From Acidimicrobiia bacterium (GTDB lineage: Bacteria; Actinomycetota; Acidimicrobiia; Spongiisociales; JAENVV01): a stretch of 12,061 bases of DNA. The stretch spans positions 1 to 12,061 of the forward strand of contig JBFKPQ010000069.1 in assembly GCA_041628225.1 (NCBI GenBank), in the 5' to 3' direction. Under the pieces are notes generated by a model that searched no databases, was not told the origin of the DNA, and was given only the letters and a program-made list of their open reading frames with translations. Below are positions 1-6,555 of this stretch, piece by piece. A program made the position numbers and the translations under genes. Position 1 is the stretch's first letter. Every line of letters begins with the position of its first letter.

Positions 1-773
1 GCCGGCTCGATCGACGGGTCGATAGCGTAGAAGTCGCGTTCGTAGATCGGAGCTACGACGAGGATCACTTCGGCTCCAGCTGCCTCCACGGCGTCGATCA
101 GATCGATCAGGTGGTCCCACCGGTCGGGCGCATCGGGGTCCGCGAGGTCCCTCCGCAGCGCTTCTTCGTAGGCTTCGGTGAACCGGTAGGGCTCGGAGCT
201 CGCCCGGAATCCGGTGTCGTCGACGAGCCGTTCCGCCCGCGCGCCGTTGAGCCGGCGGAACAACTCACCGGGTTCCTGGAGCGTGGGGCGGTGCCGAACG
301 AGGGCCACATACCCGCCGAGCACCTCCTCCCAGGGTCGTCCGGTCGCGGACCGATAGCCGACCGAATCGACGAGCGCGACGTCGAAGCCGTGGGGCCGCA
401 TGGGGAGATTCGACTGCGGAAGCAGCTCGATCAACACGATGTCTGGTTGGACCGCCGGTCGAACCACGTCGGCAAACCACAGCTGCAGCACGTCGGGGTG
501 CCCGAGCGGGAACGCCGCGTTGTAGGCGGTCTCGACCGACGGAACGGTGGCCAGCACAACGCCGGGGTCGACGTCGACGGCCAAGGCGGACGAACCGAGC
601 ACCACGAGGTCGGTGTGGCCCAGCTGCTCCAGCCGGTTGGCTTTGGCGTCCAGCACTTCGGTGGGCCATAGCTGTGGCTGTCCCAGGCTCGGCTCGATCG
701 CGCGAACGGTCGTCTCGGCCAGCCCGACGATGGCGAGGGCGGTGATCGCGGCGACCAGATGCCGGCGTCTCAT
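1..773 (-). CDS. Partial CDS whose C-terminus runs off the window start. Putative periplasmic SGNH/DltD/AlgJ-like accessory protein paired with the upstream MBOAT acyltransferase. The protein begins with a signal anchor, MRRRHLVAAITALAIVGLA.
   Basis: This ORF is absent from the supplied track because it is unbounded. I read it on the minus strand from the ATG at 771..773: MRRRHLVAAITALAIVGLAETTVRAIEPSLGQPQLWPTEVLDAKANRLEQLGHTDLVVLGSSALAVDVDP...PDIVLIELLPQSN...EVILVVAPIYERDF. There is no stop codon through position 1. Third-codon positions are strongly G/C. The N-terminal TM anchor and a GSS block (DLVVLGSS) resemble SGNH block I. The start overlaps the MBOAT stop (TGATG), which is the arrangement seen for dltB-dltD and algI-algJ. 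The family assignment is tentative. Confidence 0.45.
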   Translation of the reverse strand, partial: MRRRHLVAAITALAIVGLAETTVRAIEPSLGQPQLWPTEVLDAKANRLEQLGHTDLVVLGSSALAVDVDPGVVLATVPSVETAYNAAFPLGHPDVLQLWFADVVRPAVQPDIVLIELLPQSNLPMRPHGFDVALVDSVGYRSATGRPWEEVLGGYVALVRHRPTLQEPGELFRRLNGARAERLVDDTGFRASSEPYRFTEAYEEALRRDLADPDAPDRWDHLIDLIDAVEAAGAEVILVVAPIYERDFYAIDPSIEP

Positions 774-2230
774 CAGAACTGGAAGTAGATGAACGGGACG
801 ACGGCGTCTCCGCCGAATACGAGGAGCGCAGTGGTCGCAGCGCCGACCACCGCGCCGCGCTGTGCGGCGACGAGTGTTACGACGGGTACCTGGGATCCGG
901 AGCGTTCCTGGGAACGGTCCAGCCAGTAGACGACCGCGCCGGCCACGGTCACCAGCATCAGCGCCGACGCATCGAAGGCGCCCGACGCGATGGTGATCAG
1001 GCGGGTCGAGTACTCCCAGGCAGCGGAGAAATCCGGTGCGCGAAAGAACACCCACAGGAAGGTCACGAGGTGAAAGGTCATGAGCTGTGCCATGACCCGC
1101 CGGCTACCCGTCGATTGACGGGAGCTCCTGGTTCGCCTGTGCACCGCCAGTGCTGTGCCGTGGAGCCCGCCCCAGACGACGAACGTCCACGCCGCCCCGT
1201 GCCACAGCCCGCCGAGCAACATCGTGATGATGAGGTTCCGATAGGTGGTGGTCGTCCCGCGCCGGTTGCCGCCGAGCGGGATGTACAGGTAATCCTTGAG
1301 CCATGCCGAGAGGGATATGTGCCAGCGACGCCAGAAGTCGGTGATCGATGTGGCGAGGTACGGCTGGCGGAAGTTGACCATCAGGCGGATCCCGAGAAGG
1401 GCAGCCGACCCCCGGGCGATGTCGGTGTACCCAGAGAAGTCACCGTAGATCTGCAAGGAGAACGCGTAGGCCGCCACCAGCAGGGCCCAGCCGCTCTGTG
1501 TCGGAAGATCGCGGTAGGCGGCCTCGACGATCGGCGCCATCGTGTCGGCGATGACGACCTTCTTGAAGAGCCCCATGAGGATGAGGTAGAGCCCCTCTTC
1601 GACGAGCTGACCTGACGGGCGGCGGTCCCGATCCCGGAGTTGAGGAAGGAGGCGCTGGGCGCGCTCGATGGGGCCGGCGACCAGTTGGGGAAAGAACGCC
1701 ACGAACAGAGCGAACACCACGAGATCGCGCTCAGCGGTGGTGATGCCGCGATAGACGTCGATCGAATAGGACATGGTCTGGAACGTGTAAAAGGAGATCC
1801 CGACGGGGAGCACGATCGACAGCAACGGCGGATTCGGCGCCAGGCCGATGGTGTCGAGCAGAGTGGCAGCCGACTCGACGAAGAACCCGAAGTACTTGAA
1901 GAACCCGAGGATGCCCAGGTTGACGGTGAGACTGACGAGGAGCAGCCCGCGGCGGGCCTTCGCATCATCCGAGTCCTCGAGACGCCGGGCGACCACGAAA
2001 TCGGTGATCGTCGAGAGGAGCAACAGTCCGAGGAACCTGACGTCCCACGCGCCGTAGAACACATACGAGGCACCCAAGAGGATGATGTTGCGCCACTTCG
2101 CCGGCGACAGCCACACGGCTGCGAGCGTCGTCGGCAAGAACGCTGCGTACGCGAACGTGTTGAACAGCATGCGATTCGACAGCGTACGCGAGTCGGCCGC
2201 ACCCAGGTGCGGCCGACTCGGCCCGGTCAT
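773..2230 (-). CDS. Membrane-bound O-acyltransferase (MBOAT) of the AlgI/DltB family. An alternative start, 60 nt downstream at 2168..2170 (MLFNTFAYAAFLP...), fits the canonical AlgI N-terminus better.
   Basis: The ORF is 485 aa and multi-TM. It carries the MBOAT signature FWRRWHISLSAWLKDYLYIPLGGNRRG, with the conserved His at about 1319..1321, and a second conserved His in LWHGAAW at about 1199..1201. The N-terminus, FAYAAFLPTTLAAVWL...WRNIILLGASYVFYGAWDVRF, is typical of AlgI/DltB. Confidence 0.9.
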   Translation of the reverse strand: MTGPSRPHLGAADSRTLSNRMLFNTFAYAAFLPTTLAAVWLSPAKWRNIILLGASYVFYGAWDVRFLGLLLLSTITDFVVARRLEDSDDAKARRGLLLVSLTVNLGILGFFKYFGFFVESAATLLDTIGLAPNPPLLSIVLPVGISFYTFQTMSYSIDVYRGITTAERDLVVFALFVAFFPQLVAGPIERAQRLLPQLRDRDRRPSGQLVEEGLYLILMGLFKKVVIADTMAPIVEAAYRDLPTQSGWALLVAAYAFSLQIYGDFSGYTDIARGSAALLGIRLMVNFRQPYLATSITDFWRRWHISLSAWLKDYLYIPLGGNRRGTTTTYRNLIITMLLGGLWHGAAWTFVVWGGLHGTALAVHRRTRSSRQSTGSRRVMAQLMTFHLVTFLWVFFRAPDFSAAWEYSTRLITIASGAFDASALMLVTVAGAVVYWLDRSQERSGSQVPVVTLVAAQRGAVVGAATTALLVFGGDAVVPFIYFQF

Positions 2231-2291
2231 CGGAGGAACGAACCGAGATTGCGCCCCAGATTGCCGCAGATGCCTGAACGGCGACTGAACG

Positions 2292-3188
2292 TCAGCCGGC
2301 CATGAAGCGGATGATCACGTCGGCGAGTTCGGGCCCCTTGTCTTCTTGGAGGAAGTGGCCTGCCGATTCGATCGTGACATGGGGCTGGCCGGCCGCACCA
2401 GGCACCAGGCCGTGGAACACGCGCTCGGTCCCGGCCGTGATGGGATCCGAATCGGAGAAGGCCGTCAGGAGCGGTTTGTTCCATTCGACCAGCAAGCCCC
2501 ACGCGTCACGGTTGGGCTGGCTCGACGGATCGTCGGGTCGGGTCGGAACGAGCGACGGGAACACCCGCGCGCCAGCCTTGTACGACTCGTCAGGAAAGGG
2601 CGCGTCGTAACCCGCCAGGACATCGGCGGGGAGGTCGGTCAACGTCGAACGCTGGATCATGGGCGAGACGGGGAAGACAGGCGTCGTGGCGGCGAAGCGT
2701 TGCCACTTCAGGAAGGCTTCGGACATCTGCTGATCGCCGGTCGGGAGACCCGTGTTGGCGACGATCACACGAGCGAATCGTTCGGGGTGCCGGGCGACGA
2801 GTCGGAGGCCGATCAACCCGCCCCAGTCCTGCCCGAAGAACGTGATGTCGGACAGATCGAGCCCCGTCAACCACTGGTCGACCCAGTCGACATGACGTTC
2901 ATAGGTGTAGTCGGACGGATCGGTCGGCTTGTCAGACCGTCCGAAGCCGATCAGGTCGGGAGCGAGGACGCGGAGTCCGGCGGTGACGAGCGGCGGAATC
3001 ATGGTGCGGTACAGAAACGACCAGGTCGGTTCGCCGTGCATGAGCAGCACCACAGGTCCGGCTCCCTCGTCGACGAAGTGCATGCGGAGCGTTGTCCCAT
3101 CGTCACAGGTGACGTCGTGATACCTGGGTTCGTAGGGAAAACCAGGGAGGCGGGTGAATCGCTCGTCGGGGGTTCGGAGAACTTCCAT
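2292..3188 (-). CDS. Haloalkane dehalogenase, HLD-I subfamily (DhlA-like alpha/beta hydrolase).
   Basis: The sequence from the ATG at 3186..3188 reads MEVLRTPDERFTRLPGFPYEPRYHDV...LLMHGEPTWSFLYRTMIPPLVTAGLRVLAPDLIGFGRSDKP...FFGQDWGG...AGHFLQED. This aligns closely by eye with Xanthobacter DhlA ([71 protein letters not shown]). The nucleophile Asp-Trp sits at about 2823..2828 and the catalytic His lies near the C-terminus. The track ORF 2292..4532 is an artefactual 5' extension. Confidence 0.88.
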   Translation of the reverse strand: MEVLRTPDERFTRLPGFPYEPRYHDVTCDDGTTLRMHFVDEGAGPVVLLMHGEPTWSFLYRTMIPPLVTAGLRVLAPDLIGFGRSDKPTDPSDYTYERHVDWVDQWLTGLDLSDITFFGQDWGGLIGLRLVARHPERFARVIVANTGLPTGDQQMSEAFLKWQRFAATTPVFPVSPMIQRSTLTDLPADVLAGYDAPFPDESYKAGARVFPSLVPTRPDDPSSQPNRDAWGLLVEWNKPLLTAFSDSDPITAGTERVFHGLVPGAAGQPHVTIESAGHFLQEDKGPELADVIIRFMAG

Positions 3189-3251
3189 GCTGTCACCATA
3201 CGGTCTGTCGTTCGTGGACGTAGGCTCGTTCGTGTCGAAACGGAGGGACAC
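3189..3251. promoter_or_regulatory. 63-bp divergent intergenic region between the dehalogenase (-) and dienelactone hydrolase (+) genes. It probably holds back-to-back promoters. It contains a 9-bp direct repeat, TCGTTCGTG, at about 3207 and 3226 (19 bp apart), and a TANNNT-like hexamer, TAGGCT, at about 3220..3225.
   Basis: Read directly: gctgtcaccatacggtctgTCGTTCGTGgacgtaggcTCGTTCGTGtcgaaacGGAGGGAcacATG. The promoter and operator assignment is inference only. Confidence 0.35.
3244..3250 (+). promoter_or_regulatory. Shine-Dalgarno site, GGAGGGA, 1 nt upstream of the dienelactone hydrolase ATG (spacing counted from the GGAGG core is about 3 nt).
   Basis: aaacGGAGGGAcacATGggcgac. Confidence 0.6.
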
Positions 3252-3932
3252 ATGGGCGACATGATCGAGTTCGCATCGAACGGATCCACGGCGCACGGAT
3301 ATTTGGCGGTCCCCGTATCGGGGTCGGGTCCCGGGGTGATCGTGATCCAAGAGTGGTGGGGGCTCGTCGATCACATCAAGGAGGTGGCCGACCGGTTCGC
3401 CGCAGAGGGCTTCGCGGCTCTCGCCCCGGATCTGTATCACGGCGAGGAGACGAGCGAGCCGGACGAGGCCGGCAAGCTCATGATGAGCATGGAGCTGGCC
3501 GACGCAGCCAACGACATGACCGGCGCCGTCGATTACCTCCTGTCGCTCGATGCCACGACCGGTGACGGTGTCGGGGCCGTGGGGTTCTGCATGGGAGGTG
3601 GCCTCGTCCTCTGGCTGTCCACCATCAAGCCCGAGGTGAAAGCCGCCGTGCCGTTCTATGGAGCCATCCCTTGGGAGGGCATGCAGCCCGACTTCTCGAC
3701 GGCACAGGCCGCTTACCTGGGCCACTACGCGGAGAACGATGCCTGGGCCACCCAGGAGTCGGCACGCAACCTCGCCGAGCATCTCGCCGAGATCGGCCAC
3801 GAGGCGACGTTCCACTTCTACGAGGGAACGGAGCACGCCTTCTTCAACGACGACCGACCCGACGTGCATCACAACGAGGCGGCCGAGCTCGCCTGGCAGC
3901 GAACCATCGCCTTCTTTCGCGACAAGCTGTAG
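3252..3932 (+). CDS. Dienelactone hydrolase family protein (carboxymethylenebutenolidase-like, DLH fold).
   Basis: 226 aa. MGDMIEFASNGSTAHGYLAVPVSGSGPGVIVIQEWWGLVDHIKEVADRFAAEGFAALAPDLYHG...GAVGFCMGGG...EGTEHAF carries the DLH hallmarks: the GxCxGG nucleophile Cys and a C-terminal His. A strong SD lies upstream. The track ORF 2346..3932 adds a spurious 302-aa N-terminal extension that is antisense to the dehalogenase. Confidence 0.85.
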   Translation: MGDMIEFASNGSTAHGYLAVPVSGSGPGVIVIQEWWGLVDHIKEVADRFAAEGFAALAPDLYHGEETSEPDEAGKLMMSMELADAANDMTGAVDYLLSLDATTGDGVGAVGFCMGGGLVLWLSTIKPEVKAAVPFYGAIPWEGMQPDFSTAQAAYLGHYAENDAWATQESARNLAEHLAEIGHEATFHFYEGTEHAFFNDDRPDVHHNEAAELAWQRTIAFFRDKL

Positions 3933-4583
3933 ATGGTCGAACCGGTCACCCCGCCGCGCTTTCTCCGTCCGATCGCCAATCGGACGGTCGCAAGGGCGCT
4001 GCCGCCCGCCATCGCGTGGGCGTATGTCGCGGTCATGGCCGGTGCGGTACTGCTGGCGGTGGCGGCGCTGGTCGCCGCGCTCGTCGCAGCGCTCGTCTGG
4101 ATCTTCGACCGCAGCATGGACATCGGTGAGTCGGTGACCGGCGTCGTGCAATCCGGACTCTGGGTGGCTGGCCCCGTCGTCGTCGGAGCTGCGGTGGGAG
4201 CGGCGGCCTACGGTTCGACCGAGAAGCGGTCGATGCCGCGCACGTTGTTGGGTACCGGCGCCGCGGTGGCGATCGGGGTGGCGCTGCTCGGCTTGGGAGC
4301 TTCTGCGTTCGCCACCGGAGCGCTGGCCGTCGGCTGGGCGGTGGCGATCCCCGCCGACCGCCCCTTGCGGATCGCGGCGCGCGGTCTCCCGATGCTGGCG
4401 GTCGCCGCCGCCCTGACCGTCACAGAACTCGGGCGAATCGACGATGCCGGGCGCTGGCCGTTCGTCGCCGTTCTGGCGGCGTCGCCGGTGATCGCAGCCC
4501 TGGGCGTGTGGCTGGGTGATGCCGTGTGGCAAGGTGTTGCCTCGCGCGAATCTGTGGAACCCGCCGGCCCCGAGGAGGGTTGA
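3933..4583 (+). CDS. Hypothetical polytopic membrane protein, Ala/Val/Gly-rich with about 5 TM. Its ATG directly abuts the DLH stop codon (TAGATG).
   Basis: 216 aa, hydrophobic segments AWAYVAVMAGAVLLAVAALVAALVAALVWIF, GLWVAGPVVVGAAVGAAAY, LLGTGAAVAIGVALLGLGASAFATGALAVGWAVAI and others. Third-codon positions are strongly G/C. I recognise no family motif. Confidence 0.6.
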   Translation: MVEPVTPPRFLRPIANRTVARALPPAIAWAYVAVMAGAVLLAVAALVAALVAALVWIFDRSMDIGESVTGVVQSGLWVAGPVVVGAAVGAAAYGSTEKRSMPRTLLGTGAAVAIGVALLGLGASAFATGALAVGWAVAIPADRPLRIAARGLPMLAVAAALTVTELGRIDDAGRWPFVAVLAASPVIAALGVWLGDAVWQGVASRESVEPAGPEEG

Positions 4584-4605
4584 CCTTGAACGGAGAGAAG
4601 TTGTG

Positions 4606-5202
4606 ATGTTCGGGATCTACTTGTTCAGTGCCATCGTCGGGGTTCCCCTGGTCGCGATGATGCTCGTGTTCGGGGACGCCGACTTCGACGGTGATGTCGA
4701 CGTGGACATCGACGCGGACGTCGACCTGGATGTCGACCTCGACGCCGATCTGGCCGGTGGGTGGTTCGGCGACAGCGTCTCGGGGATGCTGTCGATTCGT
4801 TCCCTCGTCTTTTTCCTGGCGGGGTTCGGCGCCATCGGCCTGGTCATGGGCATGGTCTGGGGGCACGCCGCGGTCGCCACGGCCATCACGGCCGGGATCG
4901 CCGGGGTGGCGGGCGCCTACACCAACTCGGCGTTGACCTCGTGGCTCAAGCGGAACCAGGTGTCGGGCGAGTTGTCCAAGGATCATCTCGAAGGCACGGC
5001 CGGCCGGGTGTCGGTACCGGTCGAGGCCGGTCGCAAGGGCAAGATCACCGTCGAAGTAGAAGGGCGGCCGGTGCAGCTGACCGCCGCCCAGTACCGCTCC
5101 GGTGATGTGCTCCAGGTGGGCGATCGGGTTGTCGTTGTCGAGCTCGACGAGGGGGGCACCGCGCTGGTCGCTCGCCTCGACGAACTCACCGAAGGTCTGT
5201 GA
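4606..5202 (+). CDS. NfeD/YuaF-like membrane protein, the partner of SPFH/flotillin proteins. N-terminal TM, then an acidic (Asp-X)12 repeat, a second hydrophobic region, and a C-terminal OB-fold beta-barrel.
   Basis: I take the start as the ATG at 4606, with SD GGAGAGAAG 5 nt upstream. The track start at 4516 overlaps the preceding gene. The architecture is TM (MFGIYLFSAIVGVPLVAMMLVFG), DADFDGDVDVDIDADVDLDVDLDADL, TM (LVFFLAGFGAIGLVMGMVWG...ITAGIAGVAGAY), then KGKITVEVEGRPVQLTAAQYRSGDVLQVGDRVVVVELDEGG, which is typical of the NfeD short form. It sits immediately upstream of a flotillin gene, as in B. subtilis yuaF-floT. Confidence 0.75.
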   Translation: MFGIYLFSAIVGVPLVAMMLVFGDADFDGDVDVDIDADVDLDVDLDADLAGGWFGDSVSGMLSIRSLVFFLAGFGAIGLVMGMVWGHAAVATAITAGIAGVAGAYTNSALTSWLKRNQVSGELSKDHLEGTAGRVSVPVEAGRKGKITVEVEGRPVQLTAAQYRSGDVLQVGDRVVVVELDEGGTALVARLDELTEGL

Positions 5203-5218
5203 CAGAGAAAGGTACGTG

Positions 5219-6526
5219 ATGTTCGAATTCGCGATGGCGGGAATCCTCGTCTTGTTGTTCGTGGTGGTCGTGATCGCCGCGGTGAGCCGGCTCATCGTGG
5301 TGGTGCCGCCCAACCGTGTGGCGGTGATCTCGGGTACGGGGTCGGACGGCCGGCAGGGGTACCGCGTGATCCATGGCGGGCGCGCCATCCGGAAGCCCAT
5401 CATCGAAACCGTGGAGTGGGTGGACCTGTCGACGCTGGCGATCGACGTGTCGGTCACCAATGCCTACTCCAAAGGCACCATCCCACTCGATGTGCAAGGC
5501 ATCGCCAATGTCAAGGTGTCTTCGAATCCGGGTGTCCTCGACAATGCCATCGAACGGTTCCTCGGACGTCCGATCGAGGTCGTGGCTCAGATCGCCAAGG
5601 AGACACTCGAAGCCAACCTCCGTGGCGTCTTGGCCACCCTGACGCCGGAAGAGGTCAATGAGGACCGCCTGAAGTTCGCGTCGACGCTCATCGAGGAAGC
5701 GGACGACGACGTCCGCACGCTCGGCCTCGAACTCGACGTCCTGAAGATCCAGAACGTGACCGACGAAGTGGGGTATCTGGAGTCCGTTGGTCGTCGACAA
5801 ACCGCGCAGGTCATCAAGGAGGCGCGGGTCGCCGAGGCGGCTCGCCAGGCCGAGGCTGAAGAGCAGGAAGCCGAGTCGCGCCGGCGGGCGGAGACCGCAC
5901 GGATTCAGGCCGACCAGGCGATCGTCGTGCAGGAGAACGACCTGCGGGTGAAGACGGCCGAGCTCGAGGCGCAGGCGGTGGTCAAGGAGGAGCAGGCCAA
6001 GGTGGCAGGCGTACTGGCACGTGCCGAAGCCGAACAGGAACTCGAAACGGCGCGGATCGAGCTGCAGCGCCGGCGGTTGGAAGCCGACGTGATCGCGCCG
6101 GCTCGGGCCAACAAGGAGGCCGCAGAGCTGGAGGCCAAGGGACAGGCCGCCTCGATCATCGAGGACGGCGCGGCGCAGATCGACGTGTTCAACCGACTCG
6201 TCACGCAGTACCAGCAGGCGGGACCCGACGCGGAGAAGATCTTCGTCTTGAACATGCTGCCGGACCTCGTGGACAAGATCGTCAGCACGGTCAACGGCAT
6301 CGCCATCGACAAGGTGTCCGTCATCGATTCGGGCAACGGACCTTCGGACGGGATACCCGGTGTGGTGTCGCAGCTGCCGGCGTCGGTGATCAAGATCACC
6401 GAACAGATCGAGAACGCCACGGGTGTGAACATCCTGTCGGCGCTCAACCGCTCGAGCGAGGCGGCCCCTTCCCGGTCGGTCGAGATTCACGTCTCGGATG
6501 AAACAGAGGCGAGCGGCGACGAGTGA
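5219..6526 (+). CDS. Flotillin-family SPFH/Band-7 protein (FloT/YqiK-like).
   Basis: I take the start as the ATG at 5219 (MFEFAMAGILVLLFVVVVIAAV..., N-terminal membrane hairpin), with SD GAAAGG 6 nt upstream. The SPFH domain (RVAVISGTG...IRKPIIETVEWVDLSTLAIDVSV...IPLDVQGIANVKV) is followed by a long Glu/Ala-rich coiled coil (EAARQAEAEEQEAESRRRAETARIQADQA...) and a conserved flotillin C-terminus. The track start at 5102 is a spurious extension. Confidence 0.9.
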   Translation: MFEFAMAGILVLLFVVVVIAAVSRLIVVVPPNRVAVISGTGSDGRQGYRVIHGGRAIRKPIIETVEWVDLSTLAIDVSVTNAYSKGTIPLDVQGIANVKVSSNPGVLDNAIERFLGRPIEVVAQIAKETLEANLRGVLATLTPEEVNEDRLKFASTLIEEADDDVRTLGLELDVLKIQNVTDEVGYLESVGRRQTAQVIKEARVAEAARQAEAEEQEAESRRRAETARIQADQAIVVQENDLRVKTAELEAQAVVKEEQAKVAGVLARAEAEQELETARIELQRRRLEADVIAPARANKEAAELEAKGQAASIIEDGAAQIDVFNRLVTQYQQAGPDAEKIFVLNMLPDLVDKIVSTVNGIAIDKVSVIDSGNGPSDGIPGVVSQLPASVIKITEQIENATGVNILSALNRSSEAAPSRSVEIHVSDETEASGDE

Positions 6527-6555
6527 GCTCATCGCCGCCGGGTAACCTGGCGGCG

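Noticed and set aside
111-671. 186-aa + strand ORF, and 134-aa minus-strand ORF 265..669.
   Set aside because: Both translate to Arg/Gly/Pro-rich low-complexity sequence. The real gene here is the unbounded minus-strand ORF in another frame, starting at the ATG at 771..773.
1070-2305. Track ORFs 1070..1615 (+), 1381..2202 (-) and 1640..2305 (+).
   Set aside because: They are alternate-frame or antisense overlaps of the MBOAT gene. They carry no recognisable motifs and show biased Arg/Ser/Glu composition.
2346-3251. 302-aa N-terminal extension of track ORF 2346..3932 (+).
   Set aside because: It is antisense to the dehalogenase. The DLH domain begins at the ATG at 3252, which is preceded by a strong SD (GGAGGGA). 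The extension has no homology and low complexity.
3189-4532. Upstream 447-aa portion of track ORF 2292..4532 (-).
   Set aside because: Only the C-terminal 298 aa (2292..3188) show dehalogenase homology, and DhlA-type enzymes are about 300 aa. The extension is antisense to the DLH and membrane-protein genes and is Arg/Gly/Asp-rich junk. The ATG at 3186..3188 aligns with the DhlA N-terminus.
4516-4605. Track start at 4516 for the NfeD-like ORF.
   Set aside because: It overlaps the upstream membrane-protein gene by 68 nt. The ATG at 4606 is preceded by an SD, and the hydrophobic N-terminal helix begins there.
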